From: an uncultured Methanosarcinales archaeon
GTDB lineage: Archaea > Nanobdellota > Nanobdellia > Woesearchaeales > CAIVOO01
Assembly (NCBI GenBank): GCA_964485195.1
Contig: CAZAIK010000003.1
Coordinates: forward strand, 800 to 64,799
Direction: 5' to 3'
Length of the DNA stretch: 64,000 nt
Below, piece by piece: positions 53,896 to 62,964 of the stretch. Every line of letters begins with the position of its first letter. The stretch's first letter is position 1. The notes below the pieces were generated by a model. The model was not told the DNA's origin and searched no databases. It worked only from the letters and a program-made list of their open reading frames with translations. Position numbers and translations under genes: made by a program.

Positions 53896-54255
53896 ATGAG
53901 AACCGGACCTACAAATTTGGAGTTAAGAAAGCTCATACAGGACCTGAAAACAGCTTCAGCCATGCAAAAGGCAAAGTTCTGGAAAAGGCTTGCCATTGAC
54001 CTGGAAAGGCCTACCAGGAACAGAAGGGCTGTTAATGTTTCAAGAATTCAGAAAAATGCCAAGGGAAATGAACTGATAGTCGTGCCTGGCAAGGTGCTTG
54101 GCTCAGGAGAAATAGAAAAAAGCGTCATAGTGGCGGCGTGGCAGTTTTCCAGGCAGGCAAGGGAAAAAATAATCAGGGCAAAAGGGGACTGCATGTCCCT
54201 TCAGGAATTGCTTGCAAAAAAGCCAAAAACTTCAGAATTGAGAATAGTGGGATAA
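53896..54255 (+). CDS. rpl18e: 50S ribosomal protein L18e (eL18)
   Basis: TGPTNLELRKLIQDL...VNVSRIQK...VVPGKVLGSGE. Confidence 0.9.
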   Translation: MRTGPTNLELRKLIQDLKTASAMQKAKFWKRLAIDLERPTRNRRAVNVSRIQKNAKGNELIVVPGKVLGSGEIEKSVIVAAWQFSRQAREKIIRAKGDCMSLQELLAKKPKTSELRIVG

Positions 54256-54306
54256 AACAATGAAAATCAAAAAATTTTCAAGCTTTAAATTTCGGGGAAA
54301 CTTAAG

Positions 54307-54726
54307 ATGATAATAGATGCAACAGATCTTATAGCGGGAAGATTGGCAACAGTAGCCACAAAAAAGGCTTTGCTAGGTGAAAAAGTGGACATTATAAACT
54401 GCGAAAAGGCAGTATTTACTGGAAGCAGGCAAAACATATTTGAGAAATACAAGAGCAAGACAGACCTGGGAAGGAACCCATACAAGGGACCTTTTTATCC
54501 CAAAGCTTCAGACATGCTGATAAAAAGACTTATAAGAGGCATGCTCCCTTACAAGCAGGAGAAGGGAAAAAACGCGCTTAAGAGAATAATGTGCTATGTG
54601 GATGTGCCCACCCATCTCAAAGGCCAGAAGGCGGAAACAATACCTGCAGCAAATATTTCCAAACTCCCAAACTATAAATATTTGAAGGTGGGGGAACTGG
54701 CAAAACTATTGGGTTCAAAAAGATGA
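54307..54726 (+). CDS. rpl13: 50S ribosomal protein L13 (uL13)
   Basis: IIDATDLIAGRLATVATKKALLGEKV...IRGMLP. Confidence 0.92.
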   Translation: MIIDATDLIAGRLATVATKKALLGEKVDIINCEKAVFTGSRQNIFEKYKSKTDLGRNPYKGPFYPKASDMLIKRLIRGMLPYKQEKGKNALKRIMCYVDVPTHLKGQKAETIPAANISKLPNYKYLKVGELAKLLGSKR

Positions 54727-55124
54727 AAAAAACAGTAATAAACACAGTGGGAACGAGAAAGAAATCAGTAGCCAGGGCGGTGTTGAAAGACGGCAAGGGG
54801 ATGATAAGGGTTAACAGCGTTCCCCTGGAAAAAATCAATCCTGAATTTTTGAGGCTTAAAATAAAAGAGCCCCTGTTAATAGCTGAAGGTTCCTACAGCA
54901 AGTATGACATTAATGTCTCAGTCTTCGGAGGAGGCGTTGTTTCACAGGCAGAAGCTGTTAGACTCGCGATAGCAAAGGCCCTGGCTGAAAATGATTCCAA
55001 GCTCAAGGACGAGTTTTTAAAATATGACCGAACCCTCCTCGTTGCAGATGTAAGACAGAGGGAATCAAGGAAACCAAACAGGCTGGGAAGTGCAAGATCA
55101 AAAAGACAAAAATCATACAGGTGA
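54723..55124 (+). CDS. rps9: 30S ribosomal protein S9 (uS9)
   Basis: GTRKKSVARAVLKDGKG...RQRESRKPNRLGSARSKRQKSYR. Confidence 0.92.
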   Translation: MKKTVINTVGTRKKSVARAVLKDGKGMIRVNSVPLEKINPEFLRLKIKEPLLIAEGSYSKYDINVSVFGGGVVSQAEAVRLAIAKALAENDSKLKDEFLKYDRTLLVADVRQRESRKPNRLGSARSKRQKSYR

Positions 55125-55128
55125 TACC

Positions 55129-55326
55129 ATGATAATACCTATAAGATGTTTCAGCTGCGGAAAGCCCATAGGGCACCTATGGCAGGAATACAAGGAAAGG
55201 ACTGCCAAGGGAGAGGACAAGAAGAAGGTTATGGATGATTTGGGGCTTGAGAGGTATTGCTGCAGAGCCTTGTTCTTGGGACAGGTTGACCTTGCTGAAA
55301 CAGTGGCTCAGTTCAAAAAGTTTTAG
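55129..55326 (+). CDS. rpoN: DNA-directed RNA polymerase subunit N (Rpo10)
   Basis: MIIPIRCFSCGKPIG...LGLERYCCRA. Confidence 0.9.
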   Translation: MIIPIRCFSCGKPIGHLWQEYKERTAKGEDKKKVMDDLGLERYCCRALFLGQVDLAETVAQFKKF

Positions 55327-55367
55327 ATTTTTGTTGAATTATTTTTTTATCTTTTATTACAAATAAA

Positions 55368-55703
55368 CTATATCATTATCCCTAAAGGCTTTTCCTGATA
55401 ATGACACTTTTGATTGCCCTGTTTTTCACAAAAACAGGTTAAGCTATCTATGTAGTCGCATCCTACTTCTTTGTTTCCGTTTTCATAGTATATGATTACA
55501 GCTCTATCCTGGGGGAAAAGATGTTTGCATTCAAGGTCTTCCGATGTTTTTATAGCTGAATTCACTTGTTTCTCTCTGCTTGCTAAACTAACTGCAGCAG
55601 AGGGATCGCATCTGAAATCCTTGAAGAGCCTCCACGCTCTTGCCCCCAAATCAGGGTTGCCTTTGGTAAGTGAGTCAATTATTCTCACCGCCTGCTGAAT
55701 CAT
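55368..55703 (-). CDS. hypothetical Cys-rich protein
   Basis: 111-aa ORF with a C-terminal cluster VGCDYIDSLTCFCEKQGNQKCH. Confidence 0.4.
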   Translation of the reverse strand: MIQQAVRIIDSLTKGNPDLGARAWRLFKDFRCDPSAAVSLASREKQVNSAIKTSEDLECKHLFPQDRAVIIYYENGNKEVGCDYIDSLTCFCEKQGNQKCHYQEKPLGIMI

Positions 55704-55751
55704 ATTGTATGTAATGGAGCAGCATTAATAAAGATTTTGTTATTTGCCCGC

Positions 55752-55766
55752 AAAACCTTTAAATAC
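55752..55766 (+). promoter_or_regulatory. BRE/TATA promoter AAAACCTTTAAATAC
   Basis: Consensus variant about 24 nt before the leuS ATG 55790. Confidence 0.45.
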
Positions 55767-55789
55767 CTCTTTATAATGTTTTTTTGCTT

Positions 55790-58498
55790 ATGGTGGAGGA
55801 TGTAAAACAAATAGAGGAGAAGTGGCAGAAGAAATGGGAAGAGTCAAAGGTATTCAAGTCTGAGATTGATTCTAAAAAGCCAAAATATTACTGCCTTGAG
55901 ATGTACCCTTACCCTTCTGGCAAGCTTCATATGGGGCACGTTAGGAACTATTCCATCGGAGACTGCTTTGCAAGATTTAAAAGAATGAAAGGATTCAACG
56001 TTCTTTACCCTATGGGTTATGACAGTTTCGGGCTTCCCGCTGAAAACGCAGCCATCAAAAACAAGTCTCATCCAAGAATATGGACAGAGAAAACTTCTGA
56101 AATGGTGATGGAACAGCAGAAGCTTATGGGCTTGAGTTATGACTGGGACAGGCTAATAACAAGCATGGATACTGATTATTACAAATGGAACCAGTGGGCT
56201 TTTATCAAGCTTCTTGAAAATGGGATTGCCTACAGAAAAGAGGCCCCCATAAATTGGTGCTTTAACTGCAACACAGTCCTTGCGAATGAGCAGGTGGAGG
56301 ACGGCAAGTGCTGGAGGTGCCATAATGAGGTTGAAGAAAAGAATCTTGAGCAGTGGTTCTTCAACATTAAGAAATACGCAGAGGAATTGTTGCAGGACAT
56401 TGACGACAAGCTTCAAAACTGGCCTGAACGCGTTAAGACGATGCAGAAGAACTGGATTGGAAAAAGCTACGGAACCTTGATACATTTTGATGTTGTTGAT
56501 GAAAACGGCAAGAAAATTGACACTATATCAACGTTCACAACAAGGTCTGACACTGTTTTCGGAATCACTTATCTTGTTCTCGCAGTGGAGCACCCGAAAG
56601 TGCTGGAATGGACAGAGGGAACTGATAGGGAGGAGGAAGTCAGAAAATTCATAAAGGAAGTTAAAAAGGAATCAATAATTGAAAGAACTGCAGAGGGGAA
56701 GGCAAAGAAAGGAATATTCCTCGGAAAGTATTTCATAAACCCTGTTAACGGAGAGAAATGCCCTCTGTGGGCTGCAGATTACGCCCTGATGGACTACGGC
56801 ACAGGAGCTGTAATGGCTGTTCCCGCCCACGACCAGCGGGATTTTGAATTTGCAAAAAAATATGATTTGCCGGTAAGGATGGTTATCCAGCCAAAAGAGG
56901 GAACTGTGCTTGAGGAAGGAAAACTTTCCAGGGCTTTCAGTGATCAGGGCGATTTGGTGAATTCAGAGCACTTCAACGGGATGGACAATCTTGAGGCTAT
57001 TGAGGAGATTTCAGAATGGCTTGAAAAAAACAAGTGGGGAGAAAGGACTGTAAACTATAAGATAAGGGACTGGCTTATCTCGCGCCAGAGATACTGGGGT
57101 ACTCCCATACCCATAATTTACTGCGACAAGTGCGGCGCAGTGCCTGTTCCTGAAGACCAGCTGCCTGTTAAGCTTCCTGAAGACGTTGAATTCACAGGAA
57201 AGGGAAACCCGCTTACCACCAGCAAGAGTTTTGCAAATGTCAAATGTCCTGAATGCAAAGGAGATGCAAGAAGGGAAACAGACACAATGGACACATTCAT
57301 TGATTCCTCCTGGTATTTTTTCAGGTTTGCTGACCCCAGGAATGACAAGGCAATGATAGGAAAGAAAGCAGCAAAATACTGGATGCCTGTTGACCAATAC
57401 ATAGGAGGGATAGAGCACGCAATTCTGCATCTTTTATATGCAAGGTTCTTTACAAAAGCCTGCAGGGATCTGGGAGTTCATGACATTGACGAGCCGTTCA
57501 CAAGACTGCTGTGCCAGGGAATGGTAACAAAGGACGGCGCAAAGATGTCAAAATCACTTGGTAACACTGTGGACCCCGGCCCTTACATTGAAAAATACGG
57601 GGCAGATTCAACCCGCGTTTTTATGCTTTTCACAGCCCTGCCTGAAAAAGAACTTGACTGGTCTGAACAGGGAATTCACGGAGCCTACAAGTTTATGGGG
57701 AAAGTATATAATTTAATTGAGGCAAGGGACAAGCTGAAGTATGTTGAAAGAGAGAACAATAATAAGGACAAGAAGCTGATGGGAAAGCTTCACAGGACGA
57801 TAAAAACCGTTACGGAACAGATTGAGAATTTCCAGCTAAGCCTGGCTCTTGGGACGTTGATGGACCTTGTCAACGCAGTCCACAAATACTCGGAAACAGA
57901 AGCCAAAAAGGATGTTTATGAGGAATGCGTTGAAAAATTAAGCCTTTTGCTGTGCCCCTTTACACCTCACTCTTCTGAAGAGATATGGAGTTCTTTGGGC
58001 AAGGAAGGATTTGCCTCAGTTGCTCAGTGGCCTAAGTACGACGAGAGCAAGATTGATGTTACAGCGGAATATCTTGAGGACATGATTTCAGAAACAATAG
58101 GTGACATAAATTCTGTCAGGAACCTGCTCAAAAAGGAAAAACTGGAAAAAATAACCATATTTGTTTCAGAAGACTGGAAATACGATTTCATGAAAAAAAT
58201 GAAGGAATCGCTGGAAAAAACAAGGGAGGTCAAGGAAATAACGAAGGAAATGATGAAAACAGCCCTGAAAGCATATGGAAAAGAGATTGCAAAGATGATC
58301 CCGAAGATAATAAAAGATACGAGCAAGATTCCTGATTTGGTGCTGAATCAGATAGATGAGCTGGAAGCTTTGGAGGAATCCAAAGATTTACTGGAGGAAA
58401 AGCTTGAAGCTGAAGTTGAAATCATCAAGGAACAGGAATCAGAAGAGCCAAAGGCAAAGCAGGCAATGCCCGGAAAGCCGGCTATTGTTATTGAGTAA
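55790..58498 (+). CDS. leuS: leucyl-tRNA synthetase, bacterial type
   Basis: [25 protein letters not shown]...[17 protein letters not shown], plus KMSKS. Confidence 0.92.
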   Translation: MVEDVKQIEEKWQKKWEESKVFKSEIDSKKPKYYCLEMYPYPSGKLHMGHVRNYSIGDCFARFKRMKGFNVLYPMGYDSFGLPAENAAIKNKSHPRIWTEKTSEMVMEQQKLMGLSYDWDRLITSMDTDYYKWNQWAFIKLLENGIAYRKEAPINWCFNCNTVLANEQVEDGKCWRCHNEVEEKNLEQWFFNIKKYAEELLQDIDDKLQNWPERVKTMQKNWIGKSYGTLIHFDVVDENGKKIDTISTFTTRSDTVFGITYLVLAVEHPKVLEWTEGTDREEEVRKFIKEVKKESIIERTAEGKAKKGIFLGKYFINPVNGEKCPLWAADYALMDYGTGAVMAVPAHDQRDFEFAKKYDLPVRMVIQPKEGTVLEEGKLSRAFSDQGDLVNSEHFNGMDNLEAIEEISEWLEKNKWGERTVNYKIRDWLISRQRYWGTPIPIIYCDKCGAVPVPEDQLPVKLPEDVEFTGKGNPLTTSKSFANVKCPECKGDARRETDTMDTFIDSSWYFFRFADPRNDKAMIGKKAAKYWMPVDQYIGGIEHAILHLLYARFFTKACRDLGVHDIDEPFTRLLCQGMVTKDGAKMSKSLGNTVDPGPYIEKYGADSTRVFMLFTALPEKELDWSEQGIHGAYKFMGKVYNLIEARDKLKYVERENNNKDKKLMGKLHRTIKTVTEQIENFQLSLALGTLMDLVNAVHKYSETEAKKDVYEECVEKLSLLLCPFTPHSSEEIWSSLGKEGFASVAQWPKYDESKIDVTAEYLEDMISETIGDINSVRNLLKKEKLEKITIFVSEDWKYDFMKKMKESLEKTREVKEITKEMMKTALKAYGKEIAKMIPKIIKDTSKIPDLVLNQIDELEALEESKDLLEEKLEAEVEIIKEQESEEPKAKQAMPGKPAIVIE

Positions 58499-59693
58499 TT
58501 TCTCTTATGACAAATACCTTGTCGTTCTTCCTGACTAACCTGTTTGTTTTAACCCCTATCAAATCCCCTTTTTTGGCTGTTTTAAGCTCTTTATCGCTTT
58601 TTTTCACGCTTTCTAGCTTCTGCTCAAATATCCCTGTGGTAGGTCCCTGGATCATGATGGTCTGGCCTTTTCTCAAACCCCTTGCCTGCAGCAAAACAGC
58701 AGCAACACCTGGCTTTTTGTAATAATTTTGTACTATGCCTGCAAAAACCTTTTTCCTTTTTGCATCGCTTCCGTAAATGTCAGTCCAATCATCATTTGTT
58801 GGCGTGCCAAGGAAAAAGCCTGCAGAGAACTTCCTGTTGTAAACACCCTCCAGTTTTTTCATTAGCTTATCTATTAAATTCTTGTTGAATTTCTTTAACT
58901 TTATTGCATCAAGGGCTTGCCTGTAAACCTCTGTGACTGTCTTGACGTATTCAGGAGCCCTGTTTCTCCCTTCAATCTTGAACCTGTCAATTCCTGCCTT
59001 AACAAGCTTGTCAAGAATGGGCAGTGCGCACAAATCCTTGGGGCTCATTATGTAATTGTTGCCCAATTTCAACTCATCGCCGGTTTCAGCATCTTTCACA
59101 ATGTAACTTCTCCTGCAGGGCTGGATGCATTTTCCCCTATTGGCGCTCTTTTTGTAAAGAAACTGCGATGTAAAACAACGGCCGCTTACTGAAACGCACA
59201 CGGCCCCGTGAACAAATGTTTCAACATCCATCCTGGTCTTCCTCTTGATTTCCCTTATCTGCTTTAAGGAGCATTCCCTTGCGAGATTTACGCTTTTAAT
59301 CCCCATTTTTTCAAAGAATTTTATTGCTTCAGAGTTTGATACACTCATTTGTGTTGAAATATGGACAGGAACCTTCTTTTTCAGCGCAAGCTGGATAACA
59401 GAAAAGTCCCAGGCGATAACAGCGTCGGCATTTGATTGTTTTATCTTGTCAAGGATTTTGTTTATTTTGCTTAATTCATTCTCGAAAACAATTGTGTTAA
59501 GCGTGACATAAACCTCAATATTGTTATTGTGGCAGAAATCAACAATCTTTTTCAATTCTGACTGCCTGAAATTCTTCGCGTTGGCGCGCATATTGAATCC
59601 CTGAACTCCAAGATAAACAGCATCAGCTCCGGCTTCCACCGCAGCTCTCAAGGATTCCCAGTCTCCAGAAGGGGATAGAATTTTCGGTTTCAT
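58488..59693 (-). CDS. U32-family protein (peptidase U32 / RNA-hydroxylation-associated family)
   Basis: [23 protein letters not shown] and [21 protein letters not shown] overlap with the CYTH gene. Confidence 0.85.
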   Translation of the reverse strand: MKPKILSPSGDWESLRAAVEAGADAVYLGVQGFNMRANAKNFRQSELKKIVDFCHNNNIEVYVTLNTIVFENELSKINKILDKIKQSNADAVIAWDFSVIQLALKKKVPVHISTQMSVSNSEAIKFFEKMGIKSVNLARECSLKQIREIKRKTRMDVETFVHGAVCVSVSGRCFTSQFLYKKSANRGKCIQPCRRSYIVKDAETGDELKLGNNYIMSPKDLCALPILDKLVKAGIDRFKIEGRNRAPEYVKTVTEVYRQALDAIKLKKFNKNLIDKLMKKLEGVYNRKFSAGFFLGTPTNDDWTDIYGSDAKRKKVFAGIVQNYYKKPGVAAVLLQARGLRKGQTIMIQGPTTGIFEQKLESVKKSDKELKTAKKGDLIGVKTNRLVRKNDKVFVIREITQ

Positions 59694-60199
59694 TTTGCAT
59701 AATTTTTTAATAATTCCTCCCCGTCCCAATTTTTAACTTTGTCTTTATCCACTTCTAAAAATTCAACATACTTATTTATTATTTCAATATCCGGAGCTTC
59801 AATTTCCATAAGCGCAGGAATGTTGGGATATTCATCAATTTCAAACAGCACATCGTCTTTTTTATAACTGACTCTTCTCTTTTTATAGGACTTTAAGGTC
59901 TTTAAGTGCAGCATTTTCAGGATTTTAAGCATAACGTTGAAATCTCCTATTTCTGTTTCAAACTCATCCATTATCTTTGCCTTGTCTTTTTCAACTGCTT
60001 TTTTAAGTGTTAAGAAAGATTTATCTCCTTTTTTTCTCAATCTTATGAATTTTTTGTCATTTGCAAGTTTTTCATCTTCAAAATCAAACACCGTGGAATC
60101 AACATCCCCCTCAAAAACTTTTCCAGCTCCGATTTCTTCAAGCTTTTTTATTACGTTTTCTTTGTTAATTTCAATTATCTTAACTTCAGTCTCTTTCAT
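59690..60199 (-). CDS. CYTH-domain triphosphate tunnel metalloenzyme (CyaB/ThTPase-like)
   Basis: The N-terminal ExExK motif is ETEVKI, followed by FIRLRKKGDKSFLTLKK and LFEIDEYP...LMEIE. Confidence 0.8.
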   Translation of the reverse strand: MKETEVKIIEINKENVIKKLEEIGAGKVFEGDVDSTVFDFEDEKLANDKKFIRLRKKGDKSFLTLKKAVEKDKAKIMDEFETEIGDFNVMLKILKMLHLKTLKSYKKRRVSYKKDDVLFEIDEYPNIPALMEIEAPDIEIINKYVEFLEVDKDKVKNWDGEELLKNYAK

Positions 60200-60585
60200 T
60201 TTAAGCTATTCCTTAATTTTCCTTTCAAATCTTCCAGGCCAGAATAATAAATGATTCTCTTCAGGTTAGGGCAGGACTTGACCAATCCAGAAACCTTGCT
60301 GTTTTCCTTAGCTGTTACGATTAAAGGCTTGTTAATGATGGTCGACTCCCTTATCTCCATTCCCTGTCCTGTTGAGGGCTCTGACATATCTGCTATGATT
60401 ATCTCTGCCTCCTTCACTGAATTAAAAGCTCGCTCATATCTTTCTTTCTCCGTTCCCTGAAAATTCATTGTGCCAATAGGAGTTTTGATTTCTTCAGAGA
60501 AATTTCTGCATACAGAAATCATTGATTCATACAATCTTCTTCTTTCTTCAGTTTCAGGCAATGCCCCAATTATCAGTGTTTTCAT
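60196..60585 (-). CDS. nucleoside 2-deoxyribosyltransferase-like Rossmann protein
   Basis: KTLIIGALP and AEIIIADMSEPSTGQGMEIRESTIINKPLIV resemble the NDT-family core with a catalytic Glu. Confidence 0.5.
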   Translation of the reverse strand: MKTLIIGALPETEERRRLYESMISVCRNFSEEIKTPIGTMNFQGTEKERYERAFNSVKEAEIIIADMSEPSTGQGMEIRESTIINKPLIVTAKENSKVSGLVKSCPNLKRIIYYSGLEDLKGKLRNSLK

Positions 60586-61187
60586 TCTAATACTCCCTTC
60601 TCAACCAAAAAATCCCTGACTCTGTTGAACATTTTTTCGTATCCTTCTGAATTTGGATGCAGGCCGTCAGGCAAAAGCTTATCATCCAATAAGTCAAACA
60701 TATGAATGTAAAGAATATTGCTCTTCTGGCAGATTTGCCTGATTACGGAATCATACTGGAGAATAACATCATTTTCATAATATTTTTCTTTCCCCCAGGG
60801 AATGGGCATTGTCTTCGTCTCATCAGCTTTGGTCAATCCGACAAATAAAATTTTTTCTGTGAATTTTTTGGTTTTTTCAATTAATTTTTTGACATTTTCC
60901 TCAAATTTTTCAATGCTGACTCTTGGATTGTTTTTTGTTTTCACATATTGCGAGTCATTTATTCCTATGGCAAAGATTATTATGTCCGGCCCTATTGATT
61001 GGCACTCAACTTCAAACCTTTCCAGCAAATCCTCTGTCTTGTCTCCCCCAACTCCTCTGTTATAAACAAAGATGTTTTTGGGAGCGCTATTAAGGTATTT
61101 CCTGAGCCTGCCTACCCAACCGTCAAACTCTGAATCACCAGCTCCGTAGGTTATGCTGTCTCCGAAAACTGCTATGCTAAACCCCAT
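60582..61187 (-). CDS. SGNH/GDSL hydrolase
   Basis: Block I is IAVFGDSITYG, block III FAIGINDS, block V DGLHPN. The start was trimmed because the ORF-track N-terminus is translated from SRP RNA sequence. Confidence 0.85.
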   Translation of the reverse strand: MGFSIAVFGDSITYGAGDSEFDGWVGRLRKYLNSAPKNIFVYNRGVGGDKTEDLLERFEVECQSIGPDIIIFAIGINDSQYVKTKNNPRVSIEKFEENVKKLIEKTKKFTEKILFVGLTKADETKTMPIPWGKEKYYENDVILQYDSVIRQICQKSNILYIHMFDLLDDKLLPDGLHPNSEGYEKMFNRVRDFLVEKGVLE

Positions 61188-61201
61188 TTTAAGCGTGAAA
61201 A

Positions 61202-61471
61202 TGGCAGGCCCTGCAGGGTCGAAAAGGCACAGGCCTCCTGGCTGCCCCGGACCTTCCTCAGCTCCGCTACCCCGCAAGCATCGGAAACTGCGGTTAAGGC
61301 TGCTGCATTCCTGCCCTGACCTGTTTCCCGCGGCACCAATCCTGCGGGACAGAGCCTCATAGTACAGCCCGGGACCAAGAAGCCCATAGCCAGCCCTTCC
61401 CTGCAGTATAGCTCCACCGTAAAGCCCGTCTGTGGTTACAGCGTAGGGCTAGCACGCCAGCATAGCCTGCC
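61202..61471 (-). ncRNA. signal recognition particle (7S) RNA
   Basis: The minus-strand helix-8 motif GGUCAGGGCA-GGAA-UGCAGCAGCC lies at 61298-61321. The 5' GGCAGGC (61465-61471) pairs with the 3' GCCUGCC (61203-61209). The segment is G+C-rich and a consensus promoter sits about 25 nt upstream. Confidence 0.8.
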
Positions 61472-61492
61472 GGTTTACACCCTGTAGAATGC

Positions 61493-61507
61493 ATTTATAA
61501 AGGTTTT
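61493..61507 (-). promoter_or_regulatory. BRE/TATA promoter AAAACCTTTATAAAT for SRP RNA
   Basis: Exact consensus 15-mer on the minus strand. The inferred RNA 5' end is about 25 nt downstream. Confidence 0.55.
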
Positions 61508-61512
61508 GATGA

Positions 61513-62856
61513 CTAAATATAGCTGTAATCCACCCTGGAAAGTTCTATTATGGCAAAAAGAAGCCCTTTTGTCATCTTTACCTCCCCTTCCCTTTCAATC
61601 TTCTCAAGATTGCCTAAGGCGACCCTTCCAAGCTTGTCAAGCCTGGCTTCTGTTGCGTTGTACAGTCTTCTTCTTTCCCTTTCCAATCCTTCAGGGGTTT
61701 TTTTCCTGAATATTTCCTCAATTCTGCTGTCAATATCTCCTTTCTCCCTTTCCAGCTCGCTTGACTGTAATTCAGCGATTAACCCTCTTGCTCTTTCATA
61801 GCTTACCTGTTCTTTATTGACGTGAATTAATGGAAGCGCTTCTTCAATCAGAACATTAGTCATTCTCTCGATGTAATTGCGATGAACTCCTGTTGTCCTT
61901 GTAATCTCCTTTACAGCTCCTTCCCCTTCAAATTTTCCGTTGCCCAAAACCGATATCACTCTCTGAACCAATGAATCCCTAAGCTCTGAATGATTCTGGG
62001 ATGTTTTTTTGTTGTGTTTGCTGTTCAGTCTATTGTAATGCTGGAAAAATGAAAAAAGCGATTTTACCTTGTCCTTCTCTACAATTATCTCTCCGTCTTC
62101 AAAATCAACATACGGCAGGCTGGTGACTGTTTCCTCAAAACCAGAATCCTGGGAATTCACAAATTCTGTCACATTATAAGCGCCATTTTTTACCTTGATG
62201 TTGTATTGGGCCATAAATATCTTCAGGTTTTGGGGTATGCCTTTTTCCTCTGCCATAGAATTACCTTTAGCAATAGGAAGAATTTTTGCAGGTTTGCTTT
62301 TTGCCTTCTTTTGTTTTTGTTTTTTTTGCCTGGGCCTTTTGAATGAAGAGTATAATTCTTTGAATTCATGCATCATTTCCTCTTCAACAAACCACTTGCT
62401 CCCTTCCCTGCTTATGTAATCCTGATTTTCCAGTATTTCTGCAAATCTTTCATCAGCAACAAGAGGGGAAACATCATAAAAACAATCAATCTTGTGGATT
62501 TTATGGCCTCCCATAATCAACTCCACTTTTTTTGTGTGAGTTTCTTTTGTTTCATCCTCAATTAGAATTCTTTCTTCAAGCGGCTCTGCCTTCTTCTCTG
62601 GTTCTGTGTCTTTTGGTGACTTTATAGTCTCTTTCTTGCCTCCTTCCAGTTCCGGAAAGGCCTGGCGAAACCTGCTGTTGGCTGCATAGACAGTTTCATC
62701 TTCCCCAAGATTCTTGCCTTTTATTCCCTGCTCTGACAGCCTTTTCAGCACCTCTTTTTCTTCAAGATGCGTCTTTTCTGCAATCTCAGCAAGGGATAGG
62801 TATTCCACAGAAAGAGAAAAAATGTCATTGAAACCGCCAAAATCCTCCATTGCCAT
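61513..62856 (-). CDS. hypothetical protein with HTH-like segments and an internal Lys-rich patch
   Basis: 447-aa ORF with LSLAEIAEKTHLEEKEVLKRL, AVKEITRTTGVHRNYIERM and RPRQKKQKQKKAKSKPAK. No family assigned. Confidence 0.5.
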   Translation of the reverse strand: MAMEDFGGFNDIFSLSVEYLSLAEIAEKTHLEEKEVLKRLSEQGIKGKNLGEDETVYAANSRFRQAFPELEGGKKETIKSPKDTEPEKKAEPLEERILIEDETKETHTKKVELIMGGHKIHKIDCFYDVSPLVADERFAEILENQDYISREGSKWFVEEEMMHEFKELYSSFKRPRQKKQKQKKAKSKPAKILPIAKGNSMAEEKGIPQNLKIFMAQYNIKVKNGAYNVTEFVNSQDSGFEETVTSLPYVDFEDGEIIVEKDKVKSLFSFFQHYNRLNSKHNKKTSQNHSELRDSLVQRVISVLGNGKFEGEGAVKEITRTTGVHRNYIERMTNVLIEEALPLIHVNKEQVSYERARGLIAELQSSELEREKGDIDSRIEEIFRKKTPEGLERERRRLYNATEARLDKLGRVALGNLEKIEREGEVKMTKGLLFAIIELSRVDYSYI

Positions 62857-62964
62857 ACCCCTGTTTTGTGTTTTTGGTTATTAAATATTTTTTGTTGTTT
62901 TTTTGTTTAAACAGTATATATTCATCAATTGCTTGAAATAATAACAATACATAAATATTTAAAT

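Noticed and set aside
61153-61417. ORFs of 69 and 81 aa, and the 30-aa N-terminal extension of the SGNH ORF (to 61277)
   Set aside because: They overlap the SRP RNA gene and have a G+C-rich, Pro/Gly/Ala composition. The SGNH block I (GDS) begins right after Met at 61187.
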